A stretch of DNA of 64,000 bases from Lachnoclostridium sp. (GCA_021770065.1 JAETRR010000012.1:207-64206), one strand, 5' to 3'; shown: positions 8,375 to 17,871, counted from the first letter of the stretch. Program-made: numbers and translations. The notes: generated from the letters alone by a model not told the origin.

Positions 8375-8378
8375 CTTC

Positions 8379-9716
8379 TTACATCTGCATTGACATTCCT
8401 GCCGGTACTAAAATCAGAATCATTACCACGATCAGCATAAGAATCATAGGCAGCAGCATCCGTGTGGATGCCTCTTCTCCTGCCCGTACTGCGAGCTCTT
8501 TGCGCTGCTCAAAGGCTTCCTGTACTTCGCTCTTAAGGAGCCTCGTCAGACCATGATTCCCTTTTCTTAAGTTCTGCTCCAGCAGCACGGACAGCTTAAG
8601 GTAACAGGGAATCCGGCAGCGCAGGCCGAAGTTTTCATAGGCCTTGATTTCCGCAACTCCGTTCTGCATTTCCCTTAAGGCCAGGGCCATTTCCTCATAG
8701 GCATAGCGCTTCGGCATCTCTTCCCGGTCCCGCTTGGCCAGATAGTCCCGGACTATCATTTCCCAGGCTATGCGCACTGCTGCCCCCGCACCCATGAGCA
8801 GCACCAGCTTGCTCACAATCTGCGCATAATCTTTGCGCATCTGCTGCTCCCGTTCCTTTGTCTTCTGTATCAGTTCCCGATCCTTTGCCCCATAAAGCGC
8901 GGCCGAACACACCAGGGTAAGAATCAATATCAGTATGGAAGAGGAGGACTTTTTTTCTTCCCAGACAAGACGCCTTCCGTTTATCCGGACAGGAAGCTCC
9001 TTCTGCTCCTTCTCTTCTCCTTTTTCCTGCAGCTCTTCAAGCTTTCCGGCAAGTTCCTGCATGAACTCCTCCTTTGCGCTTAAAACCGGCGGAAGGACTT
9101 TTACATAAATCCGGCGGACGATCTTTGCCTGATTACAGGTCAGACGTGCAGTCAGTTCTACAATGCTTCCTTCTTCCTTAACCTTTTCCGGGCGGATACT
9201 TCCGTCCAGATTTAAGACCTCATAGGAATCCAGTTCCCAATCGATATCTATGGGAAGTCCCTCTATCTTCCGGACAAGCTTTAAGTTGCTGCGCACCTCC
9301 TCCAGAGAACTATTCTCTCCCAGAATATAGTCTGCCATCTCTTCAGCCGTCCGATCCAGCAGTTCCCGGCTTTCCTTCAGAGACAGCTTCTGCGGCTCCA
9401 CCTCTATGGTCATTTCTTCCGTATCGCCTTCCTCCGGTGTCACCAGAAGCTCCCTGTGGTAAGTGTACTTCTGTCTTGGCAGGAAGCGGCCGTCTGTCAG
9501 GCTGTGTTCCCCCAGAGACAGCACCCCGGCAAAGACGGATATACACAGCCCTGCCGCCAGAACTTTCAGCAAGAGACTGATTTTTTCCGTATAGTAAAGC
9601 TCCTCCTCCTTTGCTCCGTCCGTTCCGGCATGGAGCAGCCTTAGATTCTGCCGCACGGCCTCCTGCCCCGGCATCCTTCCCCTGATTCTATTCCAAATAT
9701 GTCTGCTCAGTTTCAT
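8379..9716 (-). CDS. type II secretion system F family protein (TadC-like) with a long N-terminal extension
   Basis: The C-terminal ~170 aa carry a T2SSF-like helical membrane domain and end in LLPMILMLIVVMILILVPAG. It follows the TadB-like gene. Confidence 0.7.
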   Translation of the reverse strand: MKLSRHIWNRIRGRMPGQEAVRQNLRLLHAGTDGAKEEELYYTEKISLLLKVLAAGLCISVFAGVLSLGEHSLTDGRFLPRQKYTYHRELLVTPEEGDTEEMTIEVEPQKLSLKESRELLDRTAEEMADYILGENSSLEEVRSNLKLVRKIEGLPIDIDWELDSYEVLNLDGSIRPEKVKEEGSIVELTARLTCNQAKIVRRIYVKVLPPVLSAKEEFMQELAGKLEELQEKGEEKEQKELPVRINGRRLVWEEKKSSSSILILILTLVCSAALYGAKDRELIQKTKEREQQMRKDYAQIVSKLVLLMGAGAAVRIAWEMIVRDYLAKRDREEMPKRYAYEEMALALREMQNGVAEIKAYENFGLRCRIPCYLKLSVLLEQNLRKGNHGLTRLLKSEVQEAFEQRKELAVRAGEEASTRMLLPMILMLIVVMILILVPAGMSMQM

Positions 9717-9719
9717 TTC

Positions 9720-10457
9720 TCATACCTCAATATCAAGCAGCCGTTTTCCCATATGCCAGGCCAGAAGATACAGTCCCAGGCTGCCGGTCATCACACAGAT
9801 TCCCACCGGATTTCCATACAACGGATCCAGAAATCCGGGGCATCCCGTCCGAAGATACAGAATCATGGCAAATGGAACAAGAGTCATCACCTTCTGCTCA
9901 TATTTTCTGGAAGCAAGAGCCATGGATGCCTGGCGTTCTGTCTCTACAATCTGCGTGATCGTCCGGGCCGTATCCTCCATAATTCCAATTAGATCCCCGC
10001 CGTTTCTCTTTCCTGCGGCAAAAATTTCCGCGAAAGTCTCTGCCTCCTCCAGTCCGCTTCGCTCTGCAAAATCTTCCATGGCTGCTTCAACCGTCTGGTT
10101 GGCGTCCATTTTCCGTTCCATGGCAGAGAGTTCCCGAACCATATCCGGGTTCCCTGCATAGACAAGCTGTAGATCCTTTCTCGCTTCCCGGACGGCATTT
10201 TCCGCCGAATATCCCGCTGCAAGAGCCGCGGCAATCCCCTCCACCGCATCTTTAAACTGCAGCTTTAATTCCCTTCTCCGGCGTTCCCCCAACGTCCGGC
10301 CCTTTTCCCGAAGGAGCCAGAGAAGCACCAGCGGATATATTGCGGCCGCCCAGGGGGAATTGTAAAAACACAGGGCAATGATTCCGGTCAGAACTGCGGC
10401 TTCCAGACCAAGCAGAATCCTCTCTCTTCTATTCGGGTGATAATGCCTGTAATCCAC
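9720..10457 (-). CDS. type II secretion system F family protein (TadB-like)
   Basis: A 245-aa membrane protein with an N-terminal TM, a cytoplasmic helical domain and two C-terminal TMs. It lies directly downstream of the CpaF ATPase gene. Confidence 0.75.
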   Translation of the reverse strand: MDYRHYHPNRRERILLGLEAAVLTGIIALCFYNSPWAAAIYPLVLLWLLREKGRTLGERRRRELKLQFKDAVEGIAAALAAGYSAENAVREARKDLQLVYAGNPDMVRELSAMERKMDANQTVEAAMEDFAERSGLEEAETFAEIFAAGKRNGGDLIGIMEDTARTITQIVETERQASMALASRKYEQKVMTLVPFAMILYLRTGCPGFLDPLYGNPVGICVMTGSLGLYLLAWHMGKRLLDIEV

Positions 10458-11628
10458 CTGCTTCCCTCCCGATTCCTGCCGCTTTCATTTTTCCCGTATG
10501 ATGCAGCTCTCCCTGTCGTTCCAATCGTCCCCGGACCTGCTCTTTTGAACCGTCTTCCTCTTGAAAAGAAAACAGGACATGGAGGAGAATCTCGCCTTCC
10601 TTTATTCCGTCAAGTTCCACAATCTTAAGAACCCTGCGGCTTCCGTCCCTTAAACGGCCCAGATGCACAATCAGATCCACACCGGAAGCAATCTGCCTGC
10701 GGATGGCTGTCAGAGGCAGATCCATTCCCATGAGTACCATAGTTTCCAGACGGCTCAGCATGTCCTTCGGGCTGTTGGCATGCCCGGTGCTTAAAGAACC
10801 GTCATGCCCCGTATTCATTGCCTGAAGCATGTCAATGGCTTCCGCACCCCTGACCTCTCCCACAATAATGCGGTCGGGCCGCATCCGCAGCGCAGTGCGT
10901 ATGAGATCCCGGATGGTAATTTCATGCCCTCCCTCCAGATTGGCATTCCTGGCCTCTAAGCGCACCAGGTTTTCCGCCGTCACCAACTGAAGCTCCGCAT
11001 TGTCCTCTATGGTAATAATCCGCTCTCCCGGCGGAATAAATTCCGAGAGCGCATTGAGAAAGGTCGTTTTCCCGGAACCTGTTCCGCCGCTTACAAAGAT
11101 GTTGTATCCGGCCGCAACCGTCTCCTTTAAAAAATCCGCCGCCTCCCTGGTTACGGAACCCCACTCTATCAGCCGGGCAATCCGGATGGGATGCTCCGGA
11201 AATCTCCGGATGGTAATGACCGGCCCGTTCAGTGCAATGGGATCCAGTACAATATTTACCCTGGAGCCGTCTGACAGCCTCGCGTCTGCAATGGGATTCG
11301 CCTTGGAAATGCTCCGGTTACAGAAGCTTACTATCTGCTGAACCACATCCTCCAGCTTCTGTCCCGATGTAAACTGCTTGTCCCATCGGAACAGCCGTCC
11401 GCCCTTCTCTACAAATATATCTTCGGGGCCGTTTACCATAATCTCCGTTACGAGAGGGTCTTCAATAAGCTCCTGCAGCATATCCAGTCTCCGGATTCCG
11501 TTAAACAGCTCCTTCTGTATGCGCAGCTTCTCCTCCAAAAGGAGATAATTCCTGCTGCTGAAACGCAGAACCTCCTGCAGAATCAGCTCCTTTACTTCCT
11601 CATCCGTCAATTCTCTCGACAGATCCAT
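10429..11628 (-). CDS. cpaF: CpaF/TadA family pilus assembly ATPase
   Basis: Contains Walker A (VSGGTGSGKTTFLNAL), Asp box and Walker B (RPDRIIVGEVRG) and the His box (TGHDGSLSTGHANS). Confidence 0.92.
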   Translation of the reverse strand: MDLSRELTDEEVKELILQEVLRFSSRNYLLLEEKLRIQKELFNGIRRLDMLQELIEDPLVTEIMVNGPEDIFVEKGGRLFRWDKQFTSGQKLEDVVQQIVSFCNRSISKANPIADARLSDGSRVNIVLDPIALNGPVITIRRFPEHPIRIARLIEWGSVTREAADFLKETVAAGYNIFVSGGTGSGKTTFLNALSEFIPPGERIITIEDNAELQLVTAENLVRLEARNANLEGGHEITIRDLIRTALRMRPDRIIVGEVRGAEAIDMLQAMNTGHDGSLSTGHANSPKDMLSRLETMVLMGMDLPLTAIRRQIASGVDLIVHLGRLRDGSRRVLKIVELDGIKEGEILLHVLFSFQEEDGSKEQVRGRLERQGELHHTGKMKAAGIGREAGGLQALSPE

Positions 11629-11681
11629 CTGCCGCTGTATCCGTTCCTGCAGTTCTGTCCGCAGATTTTCCCAATTCCTTT

Positions 11682-12647
11682 TCAGCTTTTACTCCACCTC
11701 TTTCCTTCTGCCTTTGCATATCCTTCCAGCTGCTCCATATCCGGGAAGGCAATCTCTTTTGTCTTTTCCAGTATTTCCTCCAGTTCCAGAAGCTTTAAAG
11801 TCTCCCGGTACTGCCACAGCTTTGCCCCGGCCGTTTCGTCCGCGGCAACAGGCATATAAATTGCATCGCAGCGCTCCAAAAGCTCAAACAGCCCGTCTGC
11901 CCCGAAGCTCATATCCAGAATCGCAAACTCATATCTGCTTTCCTTTTCCAGTGCTTCAAGAAGTTCTTCCCAGTCCTCTTTTCTGATATCTTTTAGCTCT
12001 GCGGGCGATTTGACCGGAGGGATAAAGCTTAAACTCCCTATTTTCCCTATAATACTCTCCAGTTTGCATGCAAAAGCCTTTTTTCCCTGTTTCATAAAAC
12101 AGATAAGTTCCGAAAGGGTCTGATCGCTGCACGGGTAAAGAACCTCAAAGCCGGAGAAATCTTCCATATTCAGATACAGGGTGCGTCTCTGCTTTGCCAG
12201 CTCTTTTCCCAGCGCCAGGGCAAAGCTTGTCTTGCCTATACGACCTAAGGGGGAAAATATACCGATACGTTTCATTTGCCCCAGGCGCAGGGCGGTTCCA
12301 AGGCCTGCAGGCGAGCGCTCGGCATAAATGTCATAGGCTCTTTTTAAAATCTGCGGACACGACTGGTATTTGTAGATTATCGGATATTCCGGCTCTTCCT
12401 CCTGGTATTCTTCCTCTGACAGACAAATGATTTGTCCCGGGCATTCTTCCTTTTTGAGATTCTCTGCATATTTTTTTGAGAGCAGGACTATATCTGCCGG
12501 GTGTTCCTTTGTATCTTCTAAAAGCTCTTTAAGACAGGTAAAGCCATGGACTGCAAACAAAGGATTCCGATTCCGGCCGGCATACTCTGCAAACCGCTTC
12601 GTGTATTCCCGTTCTTCATCGCAGACCGCAATTTGTTTTCTCTTCAC
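11682..12647 (-). CDS. TadZ/CpaE-like protein (receiver-like N-domain plus atypical ParA/MinD ATPase fold)
   Basis: Carries the deviant P-loop GIFSPLGRIGKTSFALALG. Its N-terminus (KQIAVCDEEREY...) resembles a receiver domain. The proposed GTG start at 12647 has AGGGAGGA 6 nt upstream. The longer 12731 start adds a Gly/Pro-rich segment that does not look native. Confidence 0.7.
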   Translation of the reverse strand: MKRKQIAVCDEEREYTKRFAEYAGRNRNPLFAVHGFTCLKELLEDTKEHPADIVLLSKKYAENLKKEECPGQIICLSEEEYQEEEPEYPIIYKYQSCPQILKRAYDIYAERSPAGLGTALRLGQMKRIGIFSPLGRIGKTSFALALGKELAKQRRTLYLNMEDFSGFEVLYPCSDQTLSELICFMKQGKKAFACKLESIIGKIGSLSFIPPVKSPAELKDIRKEDWEELLEALEKESRYEFAILDMSFGADGLFELLERCDAIYMPVAADETAGAKLWQYRETLKLLELEEILEKTKEIAFPDMEQLEGYAKAEGKRWSKS

Positions 12648-12930
12648 CAAAGTCCTCCCTTGAGGAACAGCACCCCCGCCAGCAGGCAGACAAGCATCTG
12701 TAATTCCAGAAAGGCCAGGGCCAGAAGACAATAGCCTTGATTTTTCCGCATAAACTGCAGCATGGATACCAAACTGCCACCTCCTTCTACATCAATAAGT
12801 AAATCCGGAAATATGGTTTGACTCAAACCTGAGATATTGGCTGTGCCGTCTTCGGCAGCAGCCAGGAAAGATTAATCGATCTTGTGTTAGATTATAGTTC
12901 CGATCCCTTTATTTGTAAATTGTAAATTTT

Positions 12931-13149
12931 TCACAAAATTCCGAAGGCCGAAATTCCGTAAAGCAGCCCAAGTCCGCTGATGCCAAGGCTTCCGACTGTC
13001 AAAAGGGTCAGTATATTTAATCCTACAAATACTGCAATATTTTGAGAAATCAGGATTGCATTGATGATCTGGATGCCGATTGCGCCAAATACCATGCGGA
13101 GCAGAAAATTTAATACCTTCATCTCTTTGTCCCGATCTTTTTTTACCAT
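12931..13149 (-). CDS. bofA: BofA family pro-sigma-K processing inhibitor
   Basis: A 72-aa two-TM protein. VGLNILTLLTVGSLGISGLGLL matches the conserved BofA C-terminal motif. It is adjacent to yaaL as in B. subtilis. Confidence 0.7.
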   Translation of the reverse strand: MVKKDRDKEMKVLNFLLRMVFGAIGIQIINAILISQNIAVFVGLNILTLLTVGSLGISGLGLLYGISAFGIL

Positions 13150-13260
13150 TATATGGATATTTGATCCAATATATTCTATTTTTTAGTATAAATGCCAGTT
13201 ATTCTGCCTATACTTTTACTACAAGACAAATACTTATCACGGAAAGTGGGGGATTGCAGC

Positions 13261-13494
13261 ATGGGGTTTTTACGAAAGGAACCGGCGCCGCCGGAGGATT
13301 CCTTTACCAGACGGCAGCTTCTGGAAGATCTTCATTCTACCAAAAATGCATTGGAAACCGCTTACGCCAATTTTGAGACAGTGGTGGACCCCGATCTCAT
13401 CGACTGTTATACTTATGAAATCTATTCTGTGCAGAAGCGATATAAGTTTCTTTTGGAGCAGGCGAAGCAGATGGATCTGCAGACGTTTTTCTAA
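13261..13494 (+). CDS. YaaL family protein (DUF2508)
   Basis: MGFLRK...LLEDLHSTKNALETAYANFE...IYSVQKRYKFLLEQAK matches the recalled YaaL pattern. The ATG is at 13261. The upstream part of the 13192 ORF looks non-coding. Confidence 0.75.
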   Translation: MGFLRKEPAPPEDSFTRRQLLEDLHSTKNALETAYANFETVVDPDLIDCYTYEIYSVQKRYKFLLEQAKQMDLQTFF

Positions 13495-13511
13495 ATTGAG
13501 AAATCAGATTA

Positions 13512-13558
13512 TAAAAACAGGACCCCGGATCTTTTAAATCCTCTGGTCCTGTTTTTTA
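13512..13558. terminator. bidirectional intrinsic terminator between yaaL and metG
   Basis: The stem AAAACAGGACC (13514..13524) pairs with GGTCCTGTTTT (13545..13555). It is flanked by an A-run and a T-run. Confidence 0.75.
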
Positions 13559-13605
13559 TAACCCGTTTTTTATTAGGTCTCCCGCTTTTATCTTCATCGG
13601 ATGTC

Positions 13606-15558
13606 TTAACAGATCTCCGCTCCGGCCGGCATCGTTTTCTCCGGCACAACCAGCGCCAGATTCCCGTCCGCATCCTCTGCGCAGAGGAGCATTCCCTCAG
13701 ACTTCACTCCTGCCAGGGTTGCGGGCTTTAAGTTCACCAGCACCATCACTTTCTTGCCTACCATCTCTTCCGGTGTGTAATGGGCCTTGATGCCGGACAC
13801 AATCTGCTTCACCTGGCTGCCGATCCGCACCTGGGAGCAGAGCAGCTTCTTTGACTTCTTAACCGCCTCACAGGCAATGATCTCTCCCACCTGGAACTGA
13901 AGCTTTGAGAAATCGTCAAAGGTAATCTCTTCCTTTGGCTCCAGATCAATCACCGGCTCTTCCAAAACCTCCGGCTGCGCCTCCTGCGCTTTCTTCTCTT
14001 CCACCTTTGCCAGCACCTCATTCACATCCAGACGGGCAAAGAGGATCTCCGGTTTCTCTGTCACCTTCTGGCCGGACTGATAGAGGCCGAACATATTCAT
14101 CACCTCAATGGAGCGTTTCTTTGCGCCCAGCTGGGCCAGAATCTTTGCGGAGGTCTCAGGCATAAAGGGTTCCAGGAGGGAAGCGCCGATGCTGATTCCT
14201 TCTACCAGATTGTAAAGCACCGTAGCCAGACGATCCTTTTTACTCTCATCCTTGGCCAGAGCCCAGGGCATCGTCTCATCGATGTATTTATTGCAGCGCT
14301 TAAAAAGGGCAAAGATCTCCGTCATGGCATCCGCCACCCGAAGCTCCTCCATCTTATCCGTCACCCTCTGAGCCGTACTTACAGCCGTCTCACGCAGATC
14401 CCGGTCCATAGGCTCCATAAAGCCCGGATTGCTCACCACGCCGCCAAAATACTTGTTGGACATGGAGATGGTCCGGTTCACCAGGTTGCCCAGAGTGTTG
14501 GCAAGCTCAGAATTCATACGCTCTACCATCAGCTCCCATGTGATGACGCCGTCGTTGTCGAAAGGCATCTCGTGGAGCACAAAGTAGCGCACAGCGTCTA
14601 CGCCGAACATTTCTGCCAGTTCATCCGCATAGAGCACATTTCCCTTGGACTTGCTCATCTTTCCGTCTCCCTGCAGGAGCCATGGATGGCCGAATACCTG
14701 CCTGGGCAGCGGCAGATCAAGAGCCATAAGGAAAATAGGCCAGTAAATGGTATGGAAGCGGATAATATCCTTTCCAATCAAGTGCAGATCCGCAGGCCAG
14801 TCTTTTTTAAACTGCTCTGTGGATTCCCCGTCACAGTCATATCCGATTCCGGTAATGTAGTTGGTCAGCGCATCCAGCCAGACATAGGTTACATGCTTCG
14901 GATCGAAGCTTACAGGAATGCCCCAGCTAAAGGAGGTTCTGGACACGCAGAGATCCTGGAGGCCCGGAAGCAGGAAGTTGTTCATCATCTCGTTTTTCCG
15001 CGAAACGGGCTGTATGAATTCCGGGTGGGTATTGATGTGCTCAATCAGCCGATCCGCATATTTGCTCATTTTGAAGAAATAGGCTTCCTCCCTGGCCGGC
15101 TTTACCTCTCTTCCGCAGTCGGGACATTTGCCGTCCACCAGCTGGGATTCGGTGAAAAAGGACTCGCAGGGGGTGCAGTACATGCCCTCATAGTACCCCT
15201 TGTAAATGTCGCCCTGGTCATAGAGCTTTTTGAAAATCTTCTGAACCTGCTTTTCGTGGTCCTCGTCGGTTGTGCGGATAAATTTGTCGTAGGAGGTGTT
15301 CATCAGATCCCAGATGCGGCGGATCTCTCCTGCCACATTATCCACAAATTCCTTTGGGGTTACACCGGCTTCCTTTGCCTTCTCCTCGATCTTCTGTCCG
15401 TGCTCATCCGTCCCGGTCTGGAAAAATACGTCATAGCCCTGCATTCTCTTAAACCGGGCTATGGCATCCGCCAGTACAATCTCATAGGTATTGCCGATAT
15501 GGGGCTTGCCGGAGGTGTAGGCAATAGCGGTGGTGATATAATATTTCTGCTTTTCCAT
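13606..15558 (-). CDS. metG: methionine--tRNA ligase with a C-terminal tRNA-binding domain
   Basis: Contains HIGN (KPHIGNTYE) and KMSKSKGN, a CPDCG zinc knuckle and a C-terminal EMAP/Trbp111-like domain. Confidence 0.97.
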   Translation of the reverse strand: MEKQKYYITTAIAYTSGKPHIGNTYEIVLADAIARFKRMQGYDVFFQTGTDEHGQKIEEKAKEAGVTPKEFVDNVAGEIRRIWDLMNTSYDKFIRTTDEDHEKQVQKIFKKLYDQGDIYKGYYEGMYCTPCESFFTESQLVDGKCPDCGREVKPAREEAYFFKMSKYADRLIEHINTHPEFIQPVSRKNEMMNNFLLPGLQDLCVSRTSFSWGIPVSFDPKHVTYVWLDALTNYITGIGYDCDGESTEQFKKDWPADLHLIGKDIIRFHTIYWPIFLMALDLPLPRQVFGHPWLLQGDGKMSKSKGNVLYADELAEMFGVDAVRYFVLHEMPFDNDGVITWELMVERMNSELANTLGNLVNRTISMSNKYFGGVVSNPGFMEPMDRDLRETAVSTAQRVTDKMEELRVADAMTEIFALFKRCNKYIDETMPWALAKDESKKDRLATVLYNLVEGISIGASLLEPFMPETSAKILAQLGAKKRSIEVMNMFGLYQSGQKVTEKPEILFARLDVNEVLAKVEEKKAQEAQPEVLEEPVIDLEPKEEITFDDFSKLQFQVGEIIACEAVKKSKKLLCSQVRIGSQVKQIVSGIKAHYTPEEMVGKKVMVLVNLKPATLAGVKSEGMLLCAEDADGNLALVVPEKTMPAGAEIC

Positions 15559-15976
15559 TCTTGAATCCCTCTCTTTCTGTTACAAGTTTCCTCTGCACGG
15601 GCCTGTGTAATCAAGCAGGGAAGGCTCCTCTTCCCTGCTCGCCGCGCGGCCCGTGCGCCACTTTAGCGGCATACTTCCTCTGCACGGGCCTGTGCATAAA
15701 AAACCCGTCTTCTTTATCATCAAAGAAGACGGGCATATTCCCGTGTTACCACTTCCGTTCGTCTGCCTCTCGCGAAAACAGACCTCTGCGAGTACCTTCA
15801 TACTCTTCCGCTATAACAGGCGGAGTCCTGTCGCGGCTTATCGCTTGCATGCGTTCATCCGCGCCGCTCTGAAACCATCTTCAGCCAGCTTCTTTCCTTC
15901 CCTCTCAGCAACCGGGAATTCTCTGTAGAAAATCCATCAGGCCTACTCTTTTCTTCACTGCGTTTTCCTATTGCAT
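15559..15976 (-). promoter_or_regulatory. T-box leader of metG (promoter, stem I, T-box, terminator), plus an extra ~130-nt module
   Basis: The minus-strand promoter is TTGACA (16011..16006), 17 nt, TAGGAT (15988..15983). The T-box core GAAGTGGTAACACGGG maps to 15740..15756. The terminator CCCGTCTTCTTT/AAAGAAGACGGG plus a U-run maps to 15697..15733. An AUG is available in the CUGAAGAUGG segment as the Met specifier. Confidence 0.8.
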
Positions 15977-16082
15977 AGGGAAATCCTAACATATGGAAAT
16001 TTGTTTGTCAAGGTTGGAATTTCTTATGTATTTCTCCCCGGCCTTTCTCATAGAATACACCAACAATGATTCTGGTGAGTAT

Positions 16083-17834
16083 ATGAAACGAAAAAAACTT
16101 CTGCCTGCAGGCCTGCTCCTGCTCCTTTTTCTGTGCTGCAGCGCTTTCCTGCTTTCCCGGTTTCAGAAGGATTCCACGGAAACCGCGGACGAGGCCTTTG
16201 AGCGCTTTACACATACCCTGTTTGTGGATGAGATATCTTCCGATTCTCTGACGCTTCACTACACGTTCTCAGAACCGGAGAATTTTGGGATTGCGGATGT
16301 GCCTTCGGCTTTTCATCTCTATTCCAAAGACACTTCCGATGCCGCAGCCGCTGCTCTGGAGAATACCCGGCAGGCGCTTTCTGCCTTTTCCCGGGAGGAG
16401 CTTTCCGATTCCAACCGTCTTACCTATGATATTTTATCCTATCAGCTGGAAAAACAGACAGACCTTCTTGATTTTCCATACTATGAAGAGATTTTCAGTC
16501 CTACACTGGGTACCCAGGCACAACTGCCCATTCTCCTTGCCGAATACGCTTTTCGGACCGAGGATGATATTCGGAATTATCTTGCCCTTCTCTCCCAGAT
16601 GGATGTGTATTACGAAAGCCTTATGGATTATGAACGGGAAAAGGCAGAAGCCGGGCTGTTTATGTCGGACGAGACGGCTGACGCTGTGATTGCCCAGTGC
16701 CGGGCTTTTCTATCCAATCCCGGCAGTCATTTTCTTCTTTCCACCTTTGAAGAGCGGATTGATTCTGCGGACTTTCTTTCTGAGGAAAAGACACAGGAGT
16801 ATCTTGATTCCAACCGGGCATTGTTTTTCGGCCACGTGGTTCCGGCTTATGAGTTTTTGATTCGGGAAATGACTGCGCTGAAGGGCTCCGGGAAAAACTC
16901 CTGCGGGCTCTGCTATTTTGAAAACGGAGCGGATTATTATGAGGCACTGGCGGCCGCCGTTACGGGAACCGGACGAAATATGGAAGAAATTCTGCTGCTT
17001 ATTGAGGAACAATTGGATACGGATCTGGAAACGGTCGCTTATCTTGTCAGCCGGAATCCGGAAATTGTAAAATCTGTCTCCAGGCAGACCGGGAGCTCGG
17101 AGCCATCCGTCATTCTGAAAAATCTGGAACAGCAGATCGGAGCGGATTTCCCTCCAGTGCCTTCTGTCTCCTGTCAAGTCAAATATGTGGATGCCTCTCT
17201 TGAAAAATATTTAAGTCCGGCTTTTTATCTGACGCCGCCTCTGGATCGGATGAATGAGCATGTGATCTATATCAACCCCGCCAATAACTATGACAGTCTT
17301 TCCCTTTTTACGACCCTGGCCCATGAGGGGTGGCCCGGCCATCTCTATCAGACTCTTTATGAAAATTCCTGTGGGTTTGATCCGGTGCGGAATCTTTTTA
17401 ATTTCGGGGGCTATACGGAAGGGTGGGCTACCTATGTGGAATGGCTTTCCTACGCTTATGCGGTTCCGGATGCGGAAATGGCAGAGCTTCTGTCGGCTAA
17501 CGGTGCCGTGTCCCTGGGACTTCATGCCCGGGCGGATGTGGGAATTCACTATGAAGGATGGTCCCTTGAGGATACGGAAGCTTTTTTTGCCGGATATGGC
17601 GTTACCAATCCGGATACGGTGTATCAGATTTACCAGGCTGTGATTCAGGATCCGGGAAATTATCTGAAGTATTACCTTGGAGCGGCAGAAATACTTAAAT
17701 TAAGGGAACAGGCCGAGACTGCTCTTTCGGAGCGTTTTGTGCTGAAGGATTTTCATACCTTCCTCCTGTCTATGGGGCCGGCTCCTTTTCCGGTGATTGA
17801 GGATTATATGGAGGAATGGCTGTCAAAGCAATAA
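16083..17834 (+). CDS. DUF885 family lipoprotein (putative metallopeptidase-like)
   Basis: The lipoprotein signal is MKRKKLLPAGLLLLLFLCCSAF. It contains the HEGWPGH motif that I recall as characteristic of DUF885. The ATG is at 16083. Confidence 0.75.
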   Translation: MKRKKLLPAGLLLLLFLCCSAFLLSRFQKDSTETADEAFERFTHTLFVDEISSDSLTLHYTFSEPENFGIADVPSAFHLYSKDTSDAAAAALENTRQALSAFSREELSDSNRLTYDILSYQLEKQTDLLDFPYYEEIFSPTLGTQAQLPILLAEYAFRTEDDIRNYLALLSQMDVYYESLMDYEREKAEAGLFMSDETADAVIAQCRAFLSNPGSHFLLSTFEERIDSADFLSEEKTQEYLDSNRALFFGHVVPAYEFLIREMTALKGSGKNSCGLCYFENGADYYEALAAAVTGTGRNMEEILLLIEEQLDTDLETVAYLVSRNPEIVKSVSRQTGSSEPSVILKNLEQQIGADFPPVPSVSCQVKYVDASLEKYLSPAFYLTPPLDRMNEHVIYINPANNYDSLSLFTTLAHEGWPGHLYQTLYENSCGFDPVRNLFNFGGYTEGWATYVEWLSYAYAVPDAEMAELLSANGAVSLGLHARADVGIHYEGWSLEDTEAFFAGYGVTNPDTVYQIYQAVIQDPGNYLKYYLGAAEILKLREQAETALSERFVLKDFHTFLLSMGPAPFPVIEDYMEEWLSKQ

Positions 17835-17871
17835 AAATATTGTTTGGAATATGAGGTCACATGTTGTGGCC

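Noticed and set aside
12644-12826. A 60-codon minus-strand ORF whose TGA overlaps the proposed GTG start of the TadZ-like gene (GTGA). Its C-terminal half is hydrophobic, which suggested a small membrane protein or a second pilin.
   Set aside because: The annotated start is TTG without an RBS. Internal ATGs have a poorly spaced Shine-Dalgarno or none. There is no Flp or TadE processing motif. I keep it only as a weak possibility.
14572-15564. A 330-aa plus-strand ORF.
   Set aside because: It is antisense to metG, whose identity is unambiguous (HIGH/KMSKS motifs). It has no motif and no RBS.
15993-16082. An upstream extension of the DUF885 ORF (start at 15993).
   Set aside because: The extension overlaps the divergent metG promoter, and the lipoprotein signal peptide begins at the ATG at 16083.
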